A stretch of DNA of 64,000 nt from Myxococcota bacterium (GTDB lineage Bacteria > Myxococcota_A > UBA9160 > UBA4427): assembly GCA_029941885.1 (NCBI GenBank), contig JAPYTP010000002.1, positions 845-64,844 of the forward strand, written 5' to 3'. Below, piece by piece: positions 21,890-33,081 of this stretch (its first letter is position 1; every line of letters starts with the position of its first letter). The position numbers and the translations under genes are program-made. The notes below the pieces were generated by a model. The model worked only from the letters and a program-made list of their open reading frames with translations. It did not search any database and was not told where the DNA came from.

Positions 21890-22069
21890 AGCCGAGCCCC
21901 GAGTGAGAGTCACCCCGACCGTCGAAGCGCGGTACGAAGCACGGGTGGCGCTCGAGCAATCCGCAGGAGTCGCGCATCCCCGGCCCCCCTCACCGGCAAG
22001 TCGGGCGCTTCCCTTGAATGGGGTTAAAACCCTTCAAGTCGCCCCGGTGGATTTCCGATTTCAGTCCCG

Positions 22070-22636
22070 ATGGAAGCGACCACCCCCGACGAAGAGCTGA
22101 AAACGCTCGAGATCCGGCTCAACCAGCTGAAGCTCGAATACGAAAAATACTTCCTGGGAACCCGGCCCACGGAGCCGGCCCAGCTGCGCTCGGAAATCCA
22201 GAAGATCGTGCTCCGCTGGTCGAATACGCGAATCACGAACACCGCCCTGCGCTTCAAGTTCAATAGTCTCAACGGCCGCTATCAGGCGTTCAAGCGCCAG
22301 TGGGACAACGTTCTTCGCCAGATCGAGGCCGGGACCTACAAGCGCCATGTGTTCAAGGCGGATCTCCACGATCGCGAGCGCGGTATCGGAATCGACGCGC
22401 CGAAAGCGGCCACGAGTTCGGGGACCCCGGGCGGCGGGGATCCGAATCTCTTCGAGACCTATCGCGACGCGATGTTGACGACCGGTCAGAGTGCCTCGGG
22501 GCTGACACCCGAGAAGCTCCAAAAGGCGATCGAGAAACAAGAAGCCGCAATCAAACAGAAATACGGTTGTGACAAGGTCGACTTCAAGGTCATCGTCGCG
22601 GACGGCAAGGTCAAGTTGAAGGCCGCCGCGGGCTGA
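22070..22636 (+). CDS. conserved-looking hypothetical protein (coiled-coil N-terminus)
   Basis: 188 aa of non-GC-artefact composition (LEIRLNQLKLEYEKYFLG..; C-terminal KVDFKVIVADGKVKLKA). It vaguely recalls a myxobacterial hypothetical family, but I cannot verify this. Confidence 0.55.
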   Translation: MEATTPDEELKTLEIRLNQLKLEYEKYFLGTRPTEPAQLRSEIQKIVLRWSNTRITNTALRFKFNSLNGRYQAFKRQWDNVLRQIEAGTYKRHVFKADLHDRERGIGIDAPKAATSSGTPGGGDPNLFETYRDAMLTTGQSASGLTPEKLQKAIEKQEAAIKQKYGCDKVDFKVIVADGKVKLKAAAG

Positions 22637-22651
22637 ACGTGACGAGTCTCG

Positions 22652-23605
22652 CTAGTTTCCCTTGACCCGGTTTTCGATCGCGGGGACTGTCGCGAGATAC
22701 GTCGCGATGGCCTCGAGATCTTCCCCAGGCAGATTCGAATAGCCGTGTTCGATGACCTCGGACATCAGGCCCTGAGTGTCGTCGCCGTCGGGCTTCAGAC
22801 CGGTCTCGAGATACCAGACGAGATCGACACGAGACCATGAACCGATTCCCGTTGCTTCGTGGGGCGTAATGTTCGGTGCGAGTTCGCCCTCCGGCCCCTG
22901 GCGTGATCCTGCCAGGGTCATCGATCGATCGAGTCCACCCGTCATGGTGCGCGGCGTATGGCACTCGCCACAATGAGCTGCCGCCTCGACCAGATAGTGA
23001 CCGCGGTTCCAGGCGTTACTCTCGTCCGCGTTCGTCTCCATCGTGACGGGCGTGAAATTCATGAGCTTCCAGCCGAAGATCGCTGCACGCCATGAGAATG
23101 GAAATGGCGCGCCGGGCGGGCGGTTTGCGCGGCGAATCGAGGGCAACGACGCCAGGTAGGCTCGAAGGTCGAGCAGATCTCGAACCGACAGGCCCGAAAA
23201 GCTCGTGTAGGGGAAGACCGGAAAATAGTGCTCACCGGCCGGTGAGAGTCCCTCCTTCATTGCACGAATGAAATCCTCGTCGCTCCAGCCACCAATACCC
23301 GTTTCCGGATCACCCGTGATATTCGTGCTGTAGTAGACGCCAAAGGGAGTCGCGAGCGCACGACCGCCCGCAAGAAGCGGCGCGTCTTCGGCTTCACCGG
23401 GATAATTGCTGTGGCAGGTGCATCCGCCGGTCGCAGCGAAGATCCTCCGACCGGAGGCCGCGTCCGGGGCACGGAGGGGTTCGGTCCGCGATTCGATCGA
23501 GCTCGAATCCGCCCTCGCACCGAACGACAGGGCCACGAACCCGCTCGCGATTGCGAGGCGGAGCAAGAGATTCATCGCGGACAGGTTCCTGGATCCGGAT
23601 CGCAC
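22652..23605 (-). CDS. two-domain c-type cytochrome (gluconate/alcohol dehydrogenase cytochrome-subunit-like)
   Basis: Signal peptide present. The second domain has a canonical CGECH. The first domain reads GGCTCHS. NITGDPETGIGGWS and NITPHEATGIGSWS repeats are typical of this family. Confidence 0.8.
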   Translation of the reverse strand: MRSGSRNLSAMNLLLRLAIASGFVALSFGARADSSSIESRTEPLRAPDAASGRRIFAATGGCTCHSNYPGEAEDAPLLAGGRALATPFGVYYSTNITGDPETGIGGWSDEDFIRAMKEGLSPAGEHYFPVFPYTSFSGLSVRDLLDLRAYLASLPSIRRANRPPGAPFPFSWRAAIFGWKLMNFTPVTMETNADESNAWNRGHYLVEAAAHCGECHTPRTMTGGLDRSMTLAGSRQGPEGELAPNITPHEATGIGSWSRVDLVWYLETGLKPDGDDTQGLMSEVIEHGYSNLPGEDLEAIATYLATVPAIENRVKGN

Positions 23606-23614
23606 CCCTCTCGC

Positions 23615-24136
23615 CTACTTGTTCTTGAAGGATTCTTCCTTCGGCTTTCGAAAGGGCTTGTGACAATTGCCACAGCTCTTGCCCAGGGCGCGCATCGCTT
23701 GACCGACTGCAGCAGAATCGTTGCCTTCCGCCGCTGTCTGTAAGTTGCGCGCAGCCGTTTCGAATTTCGCGATCGAGCTCTCGAACTTGGCCCAGTCCTG
23801 CCAGATGCCGGGCTTCGCGTCGGTCTGACCCTCGCTGATGTCCTTTCGGAAGGCCGGAGCGATCAGCGCGGCACTCTCTGCCATCTGCCCCGCGTGATTC
23901 GCGACAGCGCCCGGCAGCGCCAGGCGATTCTTCATGATGTCGCCGATCGCGCCCATATTCGTCCCGATGATCGACATCACCGACTGCCGGTACTTGATGC
24001 GGATCGAGTCCCCGTCGTGTTCACCCGCATGGCTTTCGGCCTCCGCGAGGCCCGCAAATACGAATATCGAGAGCGCTGCGACCGCGGTGGCGATTCGGGT
24101 GTTAGGGCTTGCGATCGAGATCGAACGGCGAGGCAT
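23615..24136 (-). CDS. class II cytochrome c (cytochrome c'/c556-like four-helix bundle)
   Basis: Signal peptide, ~150-aa helical body, and a single heme motif CGNCH close to the C-terminus. Confidence 0.8.
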   Translation of the reverse strand: MPRRSISIASPNTRIATAVAALSIFVFAGLAEAESHAGEHDGDSIRIKYRQSVMSIIGTNMGAIGDIMKNRLALPGAVANHAGQMAESAALIAPAFRKDISEGQTDAKPGIWQDWAKFESSIAKFETAARNLQTAAEGNDSAAVGQAMRALGKSCGNCHKPFRKPKEESFKNK

Positions 24137-24202
24137 GGACTACTCCTATCGTGGGGAGGACCGAATGGAAGCATAATGTCGACGTCAAGTCAGACGGGCA
24201 AA

Positions 24203-25063
24203 TCAGGTATCGTTTTCCTCGGAGCGTTGCAGAGTCTGATTCAACTCCCCATCCTGGATGAGTGCCTTGGTGCCCCTCGTCTGCGTGCTCGCTCGTAGGG
24301 CGGCTCCTGAATTCGGCAGGCGTTCAGGACAGTGGTGGGGAATCAGCGCGTCCGCCGCGCGAAGGATCGAGCTGTCGAGATTTGATTCGCGCAGGACGTA
24401 GCCCTCGGAACGCAGAATCTCGATCACCGCTTCGATGACCCGCTCTGAAGTCAGGTTCGGATCGAAATCCGCGACGCCCCCGGCCGTTTCGGGTCGAAAG
24501 TCCAGCTCGAGTGCGTCGTAGACCGGCGTCAGTATTTCTCGAAGGGCCCCGGATCGAGCCACCGTCACGACACCCCCGACATGCGCTCCACCGCGGATGA
24601 CGCGCTGGCCGACGCCCATCACCTTTACCCGACCCGCGACATTGACGCTGAACTCGCCCGGACAGTATTCGCCCGGAATTTCGCCGATTCGCGCATCCAG
24701 CCCGAGACTCTGGAGAGCGGCGACGATCCACCCGGTCAGTCGCTCGAAGCGAGGTCGGATATGCAGGCTTGCGTCGGGGTCGGCACTCGCCCACGCAAAA
24801 GCCATCGAAGTCTCGAGAAAAACCGCGGCGTGCCCCCCGGCGAGCCTGATCAGCGGCTCGTAGCCCGCCGCGCGCGCGCACTCGACGGCCCGCGCATAGC
24901 CCGGACGCCTCGCGTCGAGGCTGGAAAAGAGCAGCGCGTCGTCTGGGACATAAAGTCGCAGACTCTCTTCGGTTGATCCGGCCGCAACGCTGCGCAACAT
25001 CGCGTGCGAGACGGCCGTATCGAAAACCGCGCGACCAGGGAACCGATCGCAGTGGAGATTCAA
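24203..25063 (-). CDS. lipoate-protein ligase A family (BPL/LPL catalytic domain) protein
   Basis: LRLYVP..ALLFSSLD, GGHAAVF and GRVKVMGVGQR (catalytic Lys context) match the LplA/LipB/BirA catalytic fold. Confidence 0.75.
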   Translation of the reverse strand: MNLHCDRFPGRAVFDTAVSHAMLRSVAAGSTEESLRLYVPDDALLFSSLDARRPGYARAVECARAAGYEPLIRLAGGHAAVFLETSMAFAWASADPDASLHIRPRFERLTGWIVAALQSLGLDARIGEIPGEYCPGEFSVNVAGRVKVMGVGQRVIRGGAHVGGVVTVARSGALREILTPVYDALELDFRPETAGGVADFDPNLTSERVIEAVIEILRSEGYVLRESNLDSSILRAADALIPHHCPERLPNSGAALRASTQTRGTKALIQDGELNQTLQRSEENDT

Positions 25064-25081
25064 GGCTTCAGGAGGCCCGGG

Positions 25082-25492
25082 TCAGCGCCCGGCGACGTCG
25101 AGCTCGAGTTCGGCTCGGGCCACGACGCTGGCAAGGCGAGCGCGATCCGCCGCGCTGTCTTCATCGTCAGGCAAAGCAGAAAGCTCTCCATCCGCTTCGA
25201 CGCGACGGGCCTCCGCCGCATCCCGATCGATCTCCTTCGCCCGCACACAGGAGTCCACGAGCACCACGACGCGAGAGCCATCGACTTCGGCGAAACCGCT
25301 CGTGATCGCTGCCCATTCGCTCTCCCCAGCCGAGCGGATGATCTCCATCGGACCGAGCTTGAGCGGTGTAAGGAACCGCTCGTGACTCTCGAGCACACCG
25401 AAATCCCCGGCTTCGCCAGGCAGGACGATCTGTTCGACTTCTTCGGAGAGGGCTTCGCCTTGCGGCGTCACCACGACTAGTTCAAGCGCCAC
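25082..25492 (-). CDS. atpC: F1 ATP synthase epsilon subunit
   Basis: LELVVVTPQGEAL..LPGEAGDFGVLESHERFLTPL, and its position after atpD. Confidence 0.9.
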   Translation of the reverse strand: MALELVVVTPQGEALSEEVEQIVLPGEAGDFGVLESHERFLTPLKLGPMEIIRSAGESEWAAITSGFAEVDGSRVVVLVDSCVRAKEIDRDAAEARRVEADGELSALPDDEDSAADRARLASVVARAELELDVAGR

Positions 25493-25528
25493 GGTTCATT
25501 TCCTTTTCCAGGCAGCGGTGCCGGAGTC

Positions 25529-26998
<1,470 letters not shown>

Positions 26999-27008
26999 CT
27001 ACTCGAGG

Positions 27009-27887
27009 CTATTCGAGAGCCTGCGCACCTGTCACGATTTCGACGAGTTCGCTGGTGATCGCAGCCTGGCGGGCCCGGTTGTATTGCAGTGTGAGAGCTT
27101 CGATCAGCTCTTCCGTGTTCTTGGTCGCCGATTCCATCGCGGTCATTCGGGCCGCGTGCTCTCCGGCTTGATTCTCGAGCAGTGCTCGGAAAACCTCGAT
27201 CTCGATCGCCTTCGGCACCAGCGCTGCGAGCAGCGCTTCGGGATCGGGCTCGATCTCGTAGGCCGGCGCGTCCTCACGATCACCGTCCTTTTCCCCCTCC
27301 GCTGGGGGGGCGAAGGGCAGCAGCGTCGTCACCTTCGGCGTCTGAGTCATCGTCGAAACAAACTCGCTGAAGATCAGAATCACCTCATCGACTTCACCCG
27401 CGACGTATCGCCTCGCGAGTTCCCGAGCGACATCCGCCGCCTGCTGGTAGGTGACGTCGCCGTCGATCGCCGAGGCGTGGGTGATCTGGCTCGGCCGCCG
27501 GCGACGGAAATAGTCGCCCGCCTTCTTGCCGAGAAGCGTGAGGCCGACCCGGCTGAACTCACTTTCTCGTTTGGCGAGAACCGCGTCAGCCGCCTTCCCC
27601 ACATTGGAGTTGAAGGCGCCTGCCAACCCGCGATCAGAGGTCACCACGACGAGCTCGAGGCTCTGGCGCTCCTCGTGGACTTCGAGCAAAGGATGCGATT
27701 CTTCGAGGGGCCCTTGGGAGACGTCTTCGAGGGTCGAGCGCATGCGCATCGCATACGGCCGAGCATTCCCGATCGCCTCCTGGGCTCGACGCAGCTTGGC
27801 CGCGGCCACCATTTTCATGGCGGACGTGATCTTCTGCGTCGACCGGACGCTTCCGATGCGCCGCTTGATGTCTCGTAGATTCGCCAC
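27009..27887 (-). CDS. atpG: F1 ATP synthase gamma subunit
   Basis: MANLRDIKRRIGSVRSTQKITSAMKMVAAAKLRRAQ. Confidence 0.95.
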   Translation of the reverse strand: MANLRDIKRRIGSVRSTQKITSAMKMVAAAKLRRAQEAIGNARPYAMRMRSTLEDVSQGPLEESHPLLEVHEERQSLELVVVTSDRGLAGAFNSNVGKAADAVLAKRESEFSRVGLTLLGKKAGDYFRRRRPSQITHASAIDGDVTYQQAADVARELARRYVAGEVDEVILIFSEFVSTMTQTPKVTTLLPFAPPAEGEKDGDREDAPAYEIEPDPEALLAALVPKAIEIEVFRALLENQAGEHAARMTAMESATKNTEELIEALTLQYNRARQAAITSELVEIVTGAQALE

Positions 27888-27890
27888 TGG

Positions 27891-29441
27891 CTAGGCCGCC
27901 TCGGTGCTCTTGGCCGCGGTCGGCTGGAAGAGGTTCCCGAATTCGTCCAGCGCAGTGGCGAGTTGCTGTTCTGTCTCGTCTTCGAACTTTCCCGAACGCT
28001 TGATGCGGTCCAGGATCTCGGCCTTGTTCGACCGCAACCAATCGAGCATCTCGCTCTCGTAGCGCTGGATGTCCTCCAGTGCGAGGTCCCGAATCCAGGA
28101 CTTTCGATCCCTCTGAGGCGTCGACGCGTAGATCGAGACCACCTGCTCTTCCATTGCGAGCGGCGAGTATTGACCCTGTTTCAGGATTTCCGTCTGGCGT
28201 GCGCCGTTGGCCAGCTGTTCCTGCGTCGCCGCGTCGAGATCCGATCCGAACTGCGCGAATGCCGCCATCTCCCGGTACTGGGCCAGGTTCAGCTTCAGCT
28301 GCCCCGCGACGGCCTTGGTCGCCTTCTCCTGCGCCGCCCCGCCCACGCGCGAGACGGAAAGTCCCACGTTGATGGCCGGTCGCACGCCGGAGTTGAAGAG
28401 GTCGGTCTCGAGAAAGATCTGACCGTCGGTGATCGAGATGACGTTGGTCGGGATATACGCCGACACGTCACCGCCCTGGGTTTCGATGATCGGCAGCGCC
28501 GTGATCGACCCACCGCCGAGCTTGTCGGACAGCTTGCAGGCGCGTTCGAGCAGCCGCGAATGCACGTAGAACACGTCACCCGGGTACGCCTCGCGTCCCG
28601 GTGGCCGACGAAGGAGAAGGGAGAGTTGCCGGTACGCCACGGCCTGCTTCGACAGATCGTCGTAGACAATGAGGACGTGTTTGCCGTTGTGCCCGAAATG
28701 CTCGGCCATCGTGACGCCCGTATAGGGCGCGATGTACTGAAGAGGGGCGGGATCCGCGGCCGTCGCGGCGACGATGATGGTGTAGTCCATGGCGCCGTGC
28801 TGCTTCAGCTTGTCGGTTACCTGAGCGACGGTCGATTGCTTCTGGCCGATCGCAACATAGATGCAGATTACGTCTTTGCCTTTCTGGTTGATGATCGTAT
28901 CGATCGCGATCGCCGTCTTACCCGTCTGGCGGTCGCCGATGATCAGCTCTCGCTGGCCACGGCCGATCGGGACCATGGCGTCGATGGCCTTGATGCCCGT
29001 GGCCATCGACTCATCGACCGACTTGCGGGCGACGATACCCGGCGCCTTGAGCTCGACCTGGCGAGTCGTCTCGCCGGAAATTGCACCCTTGCCGTCGATC
29101 GCCACCCCAAGCCCGTCCACGACGCGGCCGAGCAACTCTTCGCCGACGGGGACCTCGATGATGCGACCGGTCCGGCGAACCAGGTCACCTTCCTTGACGC
29201 TGCGTGAGCCACCCATGATGGCCACACCGACGTTGTCTTCTTCCAGGTTCAGGACCATTCCGCGCAGGCCGCCCGAAAATTCGACGAGCTCGCCAGCCAG
29301 CGCATTGTCCAGACCATAGATGCGCGCAATTCCATCGCCAGCGCTCAAGACCGTGCCTGTTTCGGCGACGTCGATCTCGCGGTCGTAGTCCTTGATCTCC
29401 CGCTTGAGGATGTCTGTGATCTCTCCGGGCTTGATGTCCAT
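27891..29441 (-). CDS. atpA: F1 ATP synthase alpha subunit
   Basis: Walker A GDRQTGKT and full-length alpha similarity. Confidence 0.97.
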   Translation of the reverse strand: MDIKPGEITDILKREIKDYDREIDVAETGTVLSAGDGIARIYGLDNALAGELVEFSGGLRGMVLNLEEDNVGVAIMGGSRSVKEGDLVRRTGRIIEVPVGEELLGRVVDGLGVAIDGKGAISGETTRQVELKAPGIVARKSVDESMATGIKAIDAMVPIGRGQRELIIGDRQTGKTAIAIDTIINQKGKDVICIYVAIGQKQSTVAQVTDKLKQHGAMDYTIIVAATAADPAPLQYIAPYTGVTMAEHFGHNGKHVLIVYDDLSKQAVAYRQLSLLLRRPPGREAYPGDVFYVHSRLLERACKLSDKLGGGSITALPIIETQGGDVSAYIPTNVISITDGQIFLETDLFNSGVRPAINVGLSVSRVGGAAQEKATKAVAGQLKLNLAQYREMAAFAQFGSDLDAATQEQLANGARQTEILKQGQYSPLAMEEQVVSIYASTPQRDRKSWIRDLALEDIQRYESEMLDWLRSNKAEILDRIKRSGKFEDETEQQLATALDEFGNLFQPTAAKSTEAA

Positions 29442-29444
29442 TTC

Positions 29445-30011
29445 TCAGGATCCCTTCGTAACGCTTGAGCCAGTTCCAGTTAGAGTGGCGCGCAACTGTC
29501 CGAGCTGCGTGCGGAGGCTGCCGTCGAAGACGAGATCGCCGACCTTGGCGATCGCACCGCCAATGAGTGTCGGGTCGACCTCGATCTCCAGTCTTACTTC
29601 TTGTCCGGTGCGTTCGGAAAGCGCGCGGCGCAAACGGTCCTTGCGTCGGTCGTCGAGGGGGCTCGCAGCGACGACTTCTGCCGTAACCAGCCCCTCTGAC
29701 TCATCCGCAAATTCTCCGTAGGCGGCAACGATGGCACTGAAATCGATCAGACGTCGCTGATCGACCAGATAGGAAAGGAAGTTCAGAACGAGTCCGCTGA
29801 TCGAATCGGCCACAGCGATCGCGCGGAGCGCGCTCTTGCGTTCCGCGGCGGGATGGAGCGGCGTCAGCAGGGCGTTGCGCAGTTCGCGGCTGCCGTCGAA
29901 GAGTGAGTCGAGATTCTCGAGTTCGACGCGCACCTCGCGGTGCCGGTGTTCGTCCTGGGCGAGCGCGAACAGTGCCTTTGCATAACGATGGGCAGCGGTT
30001 CCACCCTTCAT
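29445..30011 (-). CDS. atpH: F1 ATP synthase delta (OSCP) subunit
   Basis: AHRYAKALFALA.. start, IGGAIAKVGDLVFDGSLRTQL near the C-terminus, and operon position. Confidence 0.9.
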   Translation of the reverse strand: MKGGTAAHRYAKALFALAQDEHRHREVRVELENLDSLFDGSRELRNALLTPLHPAAERKSALRAIAVADSISGLVLNFLSYLVDQRRLIDFSAIVAAYGEFADESEGLVTAEVVAASPLDDRRKDRLRRALSERTGQEVRLEIEVDPTLIGGAIAKVGDLVFDGSLRTQLGQLRATLTGTGSSVTKGS

Positions 30012-30694
30012 CAGTTCGTTCCTTCCGTGTTCGTCATGCCGCTGCCGGACGACGGCTCGACGCGGGTGATGAACTCGTCCACCAATCGCTCCCGATCGCT
30101 TTCGCTCACGGTCTCCTTGAGTTTTCGGGCAGCGATCTCGAGTGCGAGATCCGCTGCTTCCTCGCGGAGTTCAGATCGTGCTCGTCGCAACTCTTGATCG
30201 ACGGCGGCCTTCGCGTCTCGTCGAATTCGCTCTGCGGTCGCACGGGCGTCCGTCAGGATGCGCTCGGCATCTTCTTCGGCGCGGCGACTGGCGTTCTCGC
30301 GAATGTCCTCGACTTCGGAGGCGAGATCGACGAGCCGTCTCTGGAGGGTTGCGTTGCGTTGCTCTGCCTGTTGAAGCAATTCGGCCGCATCGGAGAGTTC
30401 CGTCTTGATCCCTTCACGCCGATTTGCGAAATATTCGTCGATCGGCCCGCGGAAAAAATAGATGATCACGCCCAGGATGAGTGCGAGGTTGACACCCTGC
30501 CAGACCATTTCCATGACCGCGTCGTGATCGTCTCCGCCACCCGCCGCCTGGGCGATGCCGGAGAAGAGCACGGTCGCGAGCGCAAGGAAGATCGCCTGAA
30601 TTCGCGATCCGGCGCGAGCGGGTCCGATCATCGTCGAGGTGTTAGGCATGAAAATCCCTGTCCGACGTGCGGGGCAGTTTGGAGTGCGGTTCAT
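30011..30694 (-). CDS. atpF: Fo ATP synthase b subunit
   Basis: One TM helix followed by a long charged helix (IDEYFANRREGIKTELSDAAE..). The start is uncertain; an internal ATG lies at 30649. Confidence 0.8.
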   Translation of the reverse strand: MNRTPNCPARRTGIFMPNTSTMIGPARAGSRIQAIFLALATVLFSGIAQAAGGGDDHDAVMEMVWQGVNLALILGVIIYFFRGPIDEYFANRREGIKTELSDAAELLQQAEQRNATLQRRLVDLASEVEDIRENASRRAEEDAERILTDARATAERIRRDAKAAVDQELRRARSELREEAADLALEIAARKLKETVSESDRERLVDEFITRVEPSSGSGMTNTEGTN

Positions 30695-31314
30695 GACAAC
30701 GCCCGCCCGAGAACCCGCTCAGCGGCGGCGGTAGCGAGATCCTCGGCATCCGCTCGGAGATTGGCTCGCGCCTCTTCGAGGGATTCGGAGAGGCTCGCTC
30801 GTGCGCGTTCGAGTTCGGATTCCGCTTCGCGGCGCGCCTCCGTCGTCAAGGAGGCCTGTTCTTCCCGCGCGGTCACGAGTTGACCCTGTCGGGTGGTCTC
30901 GGATTCCGCTCGTGCCTCGCGAATCGCGTCTTCGTATCGAGCGAGGACGTTGTCCGCTTCCCGCTCGAGCTGCGTCGAACGATCACGGGCTCCCTGGATG
31001 CGCTCGGCGCGGGTGTCGAGCACGCGGAAGATCGGCTGAAAGATGAGTTGATTCAGTGGGAAGATCAGTGCCACGAAACCAATGATCATGATCCAGAGAC
31101 TGCCGAGTCCGGGCTTGTCAGCGATCAGCCCGAAGAACGCGAAATCGGGGATCAACTCCAGCTTGTCCGAGGCGAAGGCGGGGTTCGGGCCCAGCGCGGT
31201 GAACGCGAGTCCGATCGCGCTTGCGCCCGAGGCAGTTGCGCGGTCGCGCAGAGAACGACCTCGCTTCACCGAGGCCGCTCCGCACGCAGACGAAGTCATC
31301 ATGTTTCGCACCAT
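30691..31314 (-). CDS. Fo ATP synthase b' subunit (second b-type stalk)
   Basis: IFPLNQLIFQPIFRVLDTRAERIQGARD.. is typical of b/b'. ORF 30691..31578 trimmed to ATG cluster 31299-31314; the start is approximate. Confidence 0.7.
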   Translation of the reverse strand: MVRNMMTSSACGAASVKRGRSLRDRATASGASAIGLAFTALGPNPAFASDKLELIPDFAFFGLIADKPGLGSLWIMIIGFVALIFPLNQLIFQPIFRVLDTRAERIQGARDRSTQLEREADNVLARYEDAIREARAESETTRQGQLVTAREEQASLTTEARREAESELERARASLSESLEEARANLRADAEDLATAAAERVLGRALS

Positions 31315-31699
31315 TCTTGTTTCCACGATTCCACGAATTCTTCGAATCCGACGGGGCGCCCGGAGCGAAGCCGGTGGCCATCGGGCTCTTCTATTCCGAT
31401 CTCCGATCGAAAACGAGTCTTCGGCCGAATCTTTCGTGTGCGCCCCGGAGTGGACGTCCCGGGGTGGGTACCACGAAACGAGCGGCTCCGGAGAGTGACG
31501 CAACGATTTGTTGACCGATCGGACCGACTCCCGCGCCCGACTTCTCCGGGCCGGAGGGGCGGATGCGAGCGGCGCCAAGTTTTACACCGCCGAGAGTCCA
31601 ATTCAACCGCCTCGAGGCCTCGAAAGTACTTTCCTGGGAGGGTTTTTCCCGATTCGCGCGGGCGGCTGGATGTCTTGGCGGAGCCGTGCAGGCTGGGCC

Positions 31700-32095
31700 C
31701 TATCCCCCTACGCGGGCGACCCCGTTCCACACGGCGTCATCCTCCACCTCGACGCTGGGAGCCTCGAGATCTCCCTCGAAGTAGGCGCCCGAACGCAGTC
31801 GCGCCCGGCTGCGGGCGGTGACGGGCCCAGTGATTTCGCCCCTGCTGTCGAGGATGTCGCAATCGATCACGCCTTCGATTCGGCTCCCGGTACCGAGCAC
31901 GAGCTCACCTGGGCCTCTCAAGCTGCCGTTGACGGCACCGTCGATGAGAGTCTGGCCCATGATGGCGACCTGGCCCTCCCAGAGTCCGCCTCTGGGTACG
32001 AGGGGGACAGTCTCGCCGTCGTGCACGAGCGGTTGCGCGACAGCGGCTTCGTCCGCTTCCGTGCGATCCACTTCGGCTGTGCCCTTACGGCTCAT
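31700..32095 (-). CDS. bactofilin (polymer-forming cytoskeletal protein, DUF583)
   Basis: Beta-helical repeat core IDGAVNGSLRGPGELVLGTGSRIEGVIDCDILDSRGEITGPVTA..GAYFEGDLEAPSVEVEDDAVWNG. The ATG overlaps the parB TGA (ATGA at 32092-32095). Confidence 0.8.
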   Translation of the reverse strand: MSRKGTAEVDRTEADEAAVAQPLVHDGETVPLVPRGGLWEGQVAIMGQTLIDGAVNGSLRGPGELVLGTGSRIEGVIDCDILDSRGEITGPVTARSRARLRSGAYFEGDLEAPSVEVEDDAVWNGVARVGG

Positions 32096-33060
32096 GTCGC
32101 GTCTCCGAGCAGCATTTCCCCGATCCGCTCCAAGTCCTCGAGATTGAAATAGTTGATCTCGAGTTTGCCCCCTCCGGCTGAGTGGGCATGAAGCGTGACC
32201 CTGGTCTGGAGTCGCCTTTCGATTTTCTCGACGTAGGCACGCGTGTCGGCGTCGAGTTCGGGAGCCGGGGTCGCAACCTTCGGTTCGCGGACGACGCGTC
32301 GTCGCCCCCCGTTCAGATCCCGCGCGGCTCTCTCAGAGGCCCGCACCGACAGGGATTCGCTGAGGATCCTGGCCCGCAAAGCCTCACGGATCTCGATATC
32401 GGTGACCTGAAGCAATGCCTTCGCGTGGCCCATGCTGAGGCGACCGTTTTCGACGTCTGTCTGAATGGTCCGGCTGAGATCGAGCAACCGGATGTGGTTG
32501 GCGACAGAGGAGCGGTCCATCGTGACCTTCCGCCCGATGTCGGCCTGGGTGTGTCCCGCGTCCGCGAGCGCCTGGTAGGCGTGAGCCAGTTCGATCGGAT
32601 TGAGATCCTGGCGTTGTACGTTCTCGACGATGGCGAGTTCGAGTCGATCCGCCGGGTCGACATCGAGCACCACCACCGGGATCGTGCTTCGTCCCGCCAA
32701 CTGACTTGCCCGGAAGCGGCGTTCCCCCATCACCAGTTCGAAGCGACTGCCCGCTTCCCGGACGACCACGGGTTGCAGTACGCCGTGTTGGCCGATCGAG
32801 CGGGATAGTTGTTCGAGAGCGACCGGATCGAACTCACGTCTCGGTTGTTCTGGGTTCGGATCGATCAGGGCAATATCGAGCTCCTGGGGGCCCCTAGATG
32901 CCGAAATTGGCTCTTGTATACGCAATTCAGTGTTGACACTATCCGGTGTCAAGGGGGTTTGTGTCGGTGAGGACGTGGGCCTCGGTTGTTCGGGCACCTG
33001 TGGTGGACTCGAGATCAGCGCGCCCAGTCCCCGTCCCAATGCATTCCGTCGTTGGCTCAT
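32092..33060 (-). CDS. parB: chromosome partitioning protein ParB
   Basis: RNALGRGLGALI, the GERRFRA box and an HTH region. Confidence 0.95.
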   Translation of the reverse strand: MSQRRNALGRGLGALISSPPQVPEQPRPTSSPTQTPLTPDSVNTELRIQEPISASRGPQELDIALIDPNPEQPRREFDPVALEQLSRSIGQHGVLQPVVVREAGSRFELVMGERRFRASQLAGRSTIPVVVLDVDPADRLELAIVENVQRQDLNPIELAHAYQALADAGHTQADIGRKVTMDRSSVANHIRLLDLSRTIQTDVENGRLSMGHAKALLQVTDIEIREALRARILSESLSVRASERAARDLNGGRRRVVREPKVATPAPELDADTRAYVEKIERRLQTRVTLHAHSAGGGKLEINYFNLEDLERIGEMLLGDAT

Positions 33061-33081
33061 CGTTTCCTCCTGCGATCGCGA

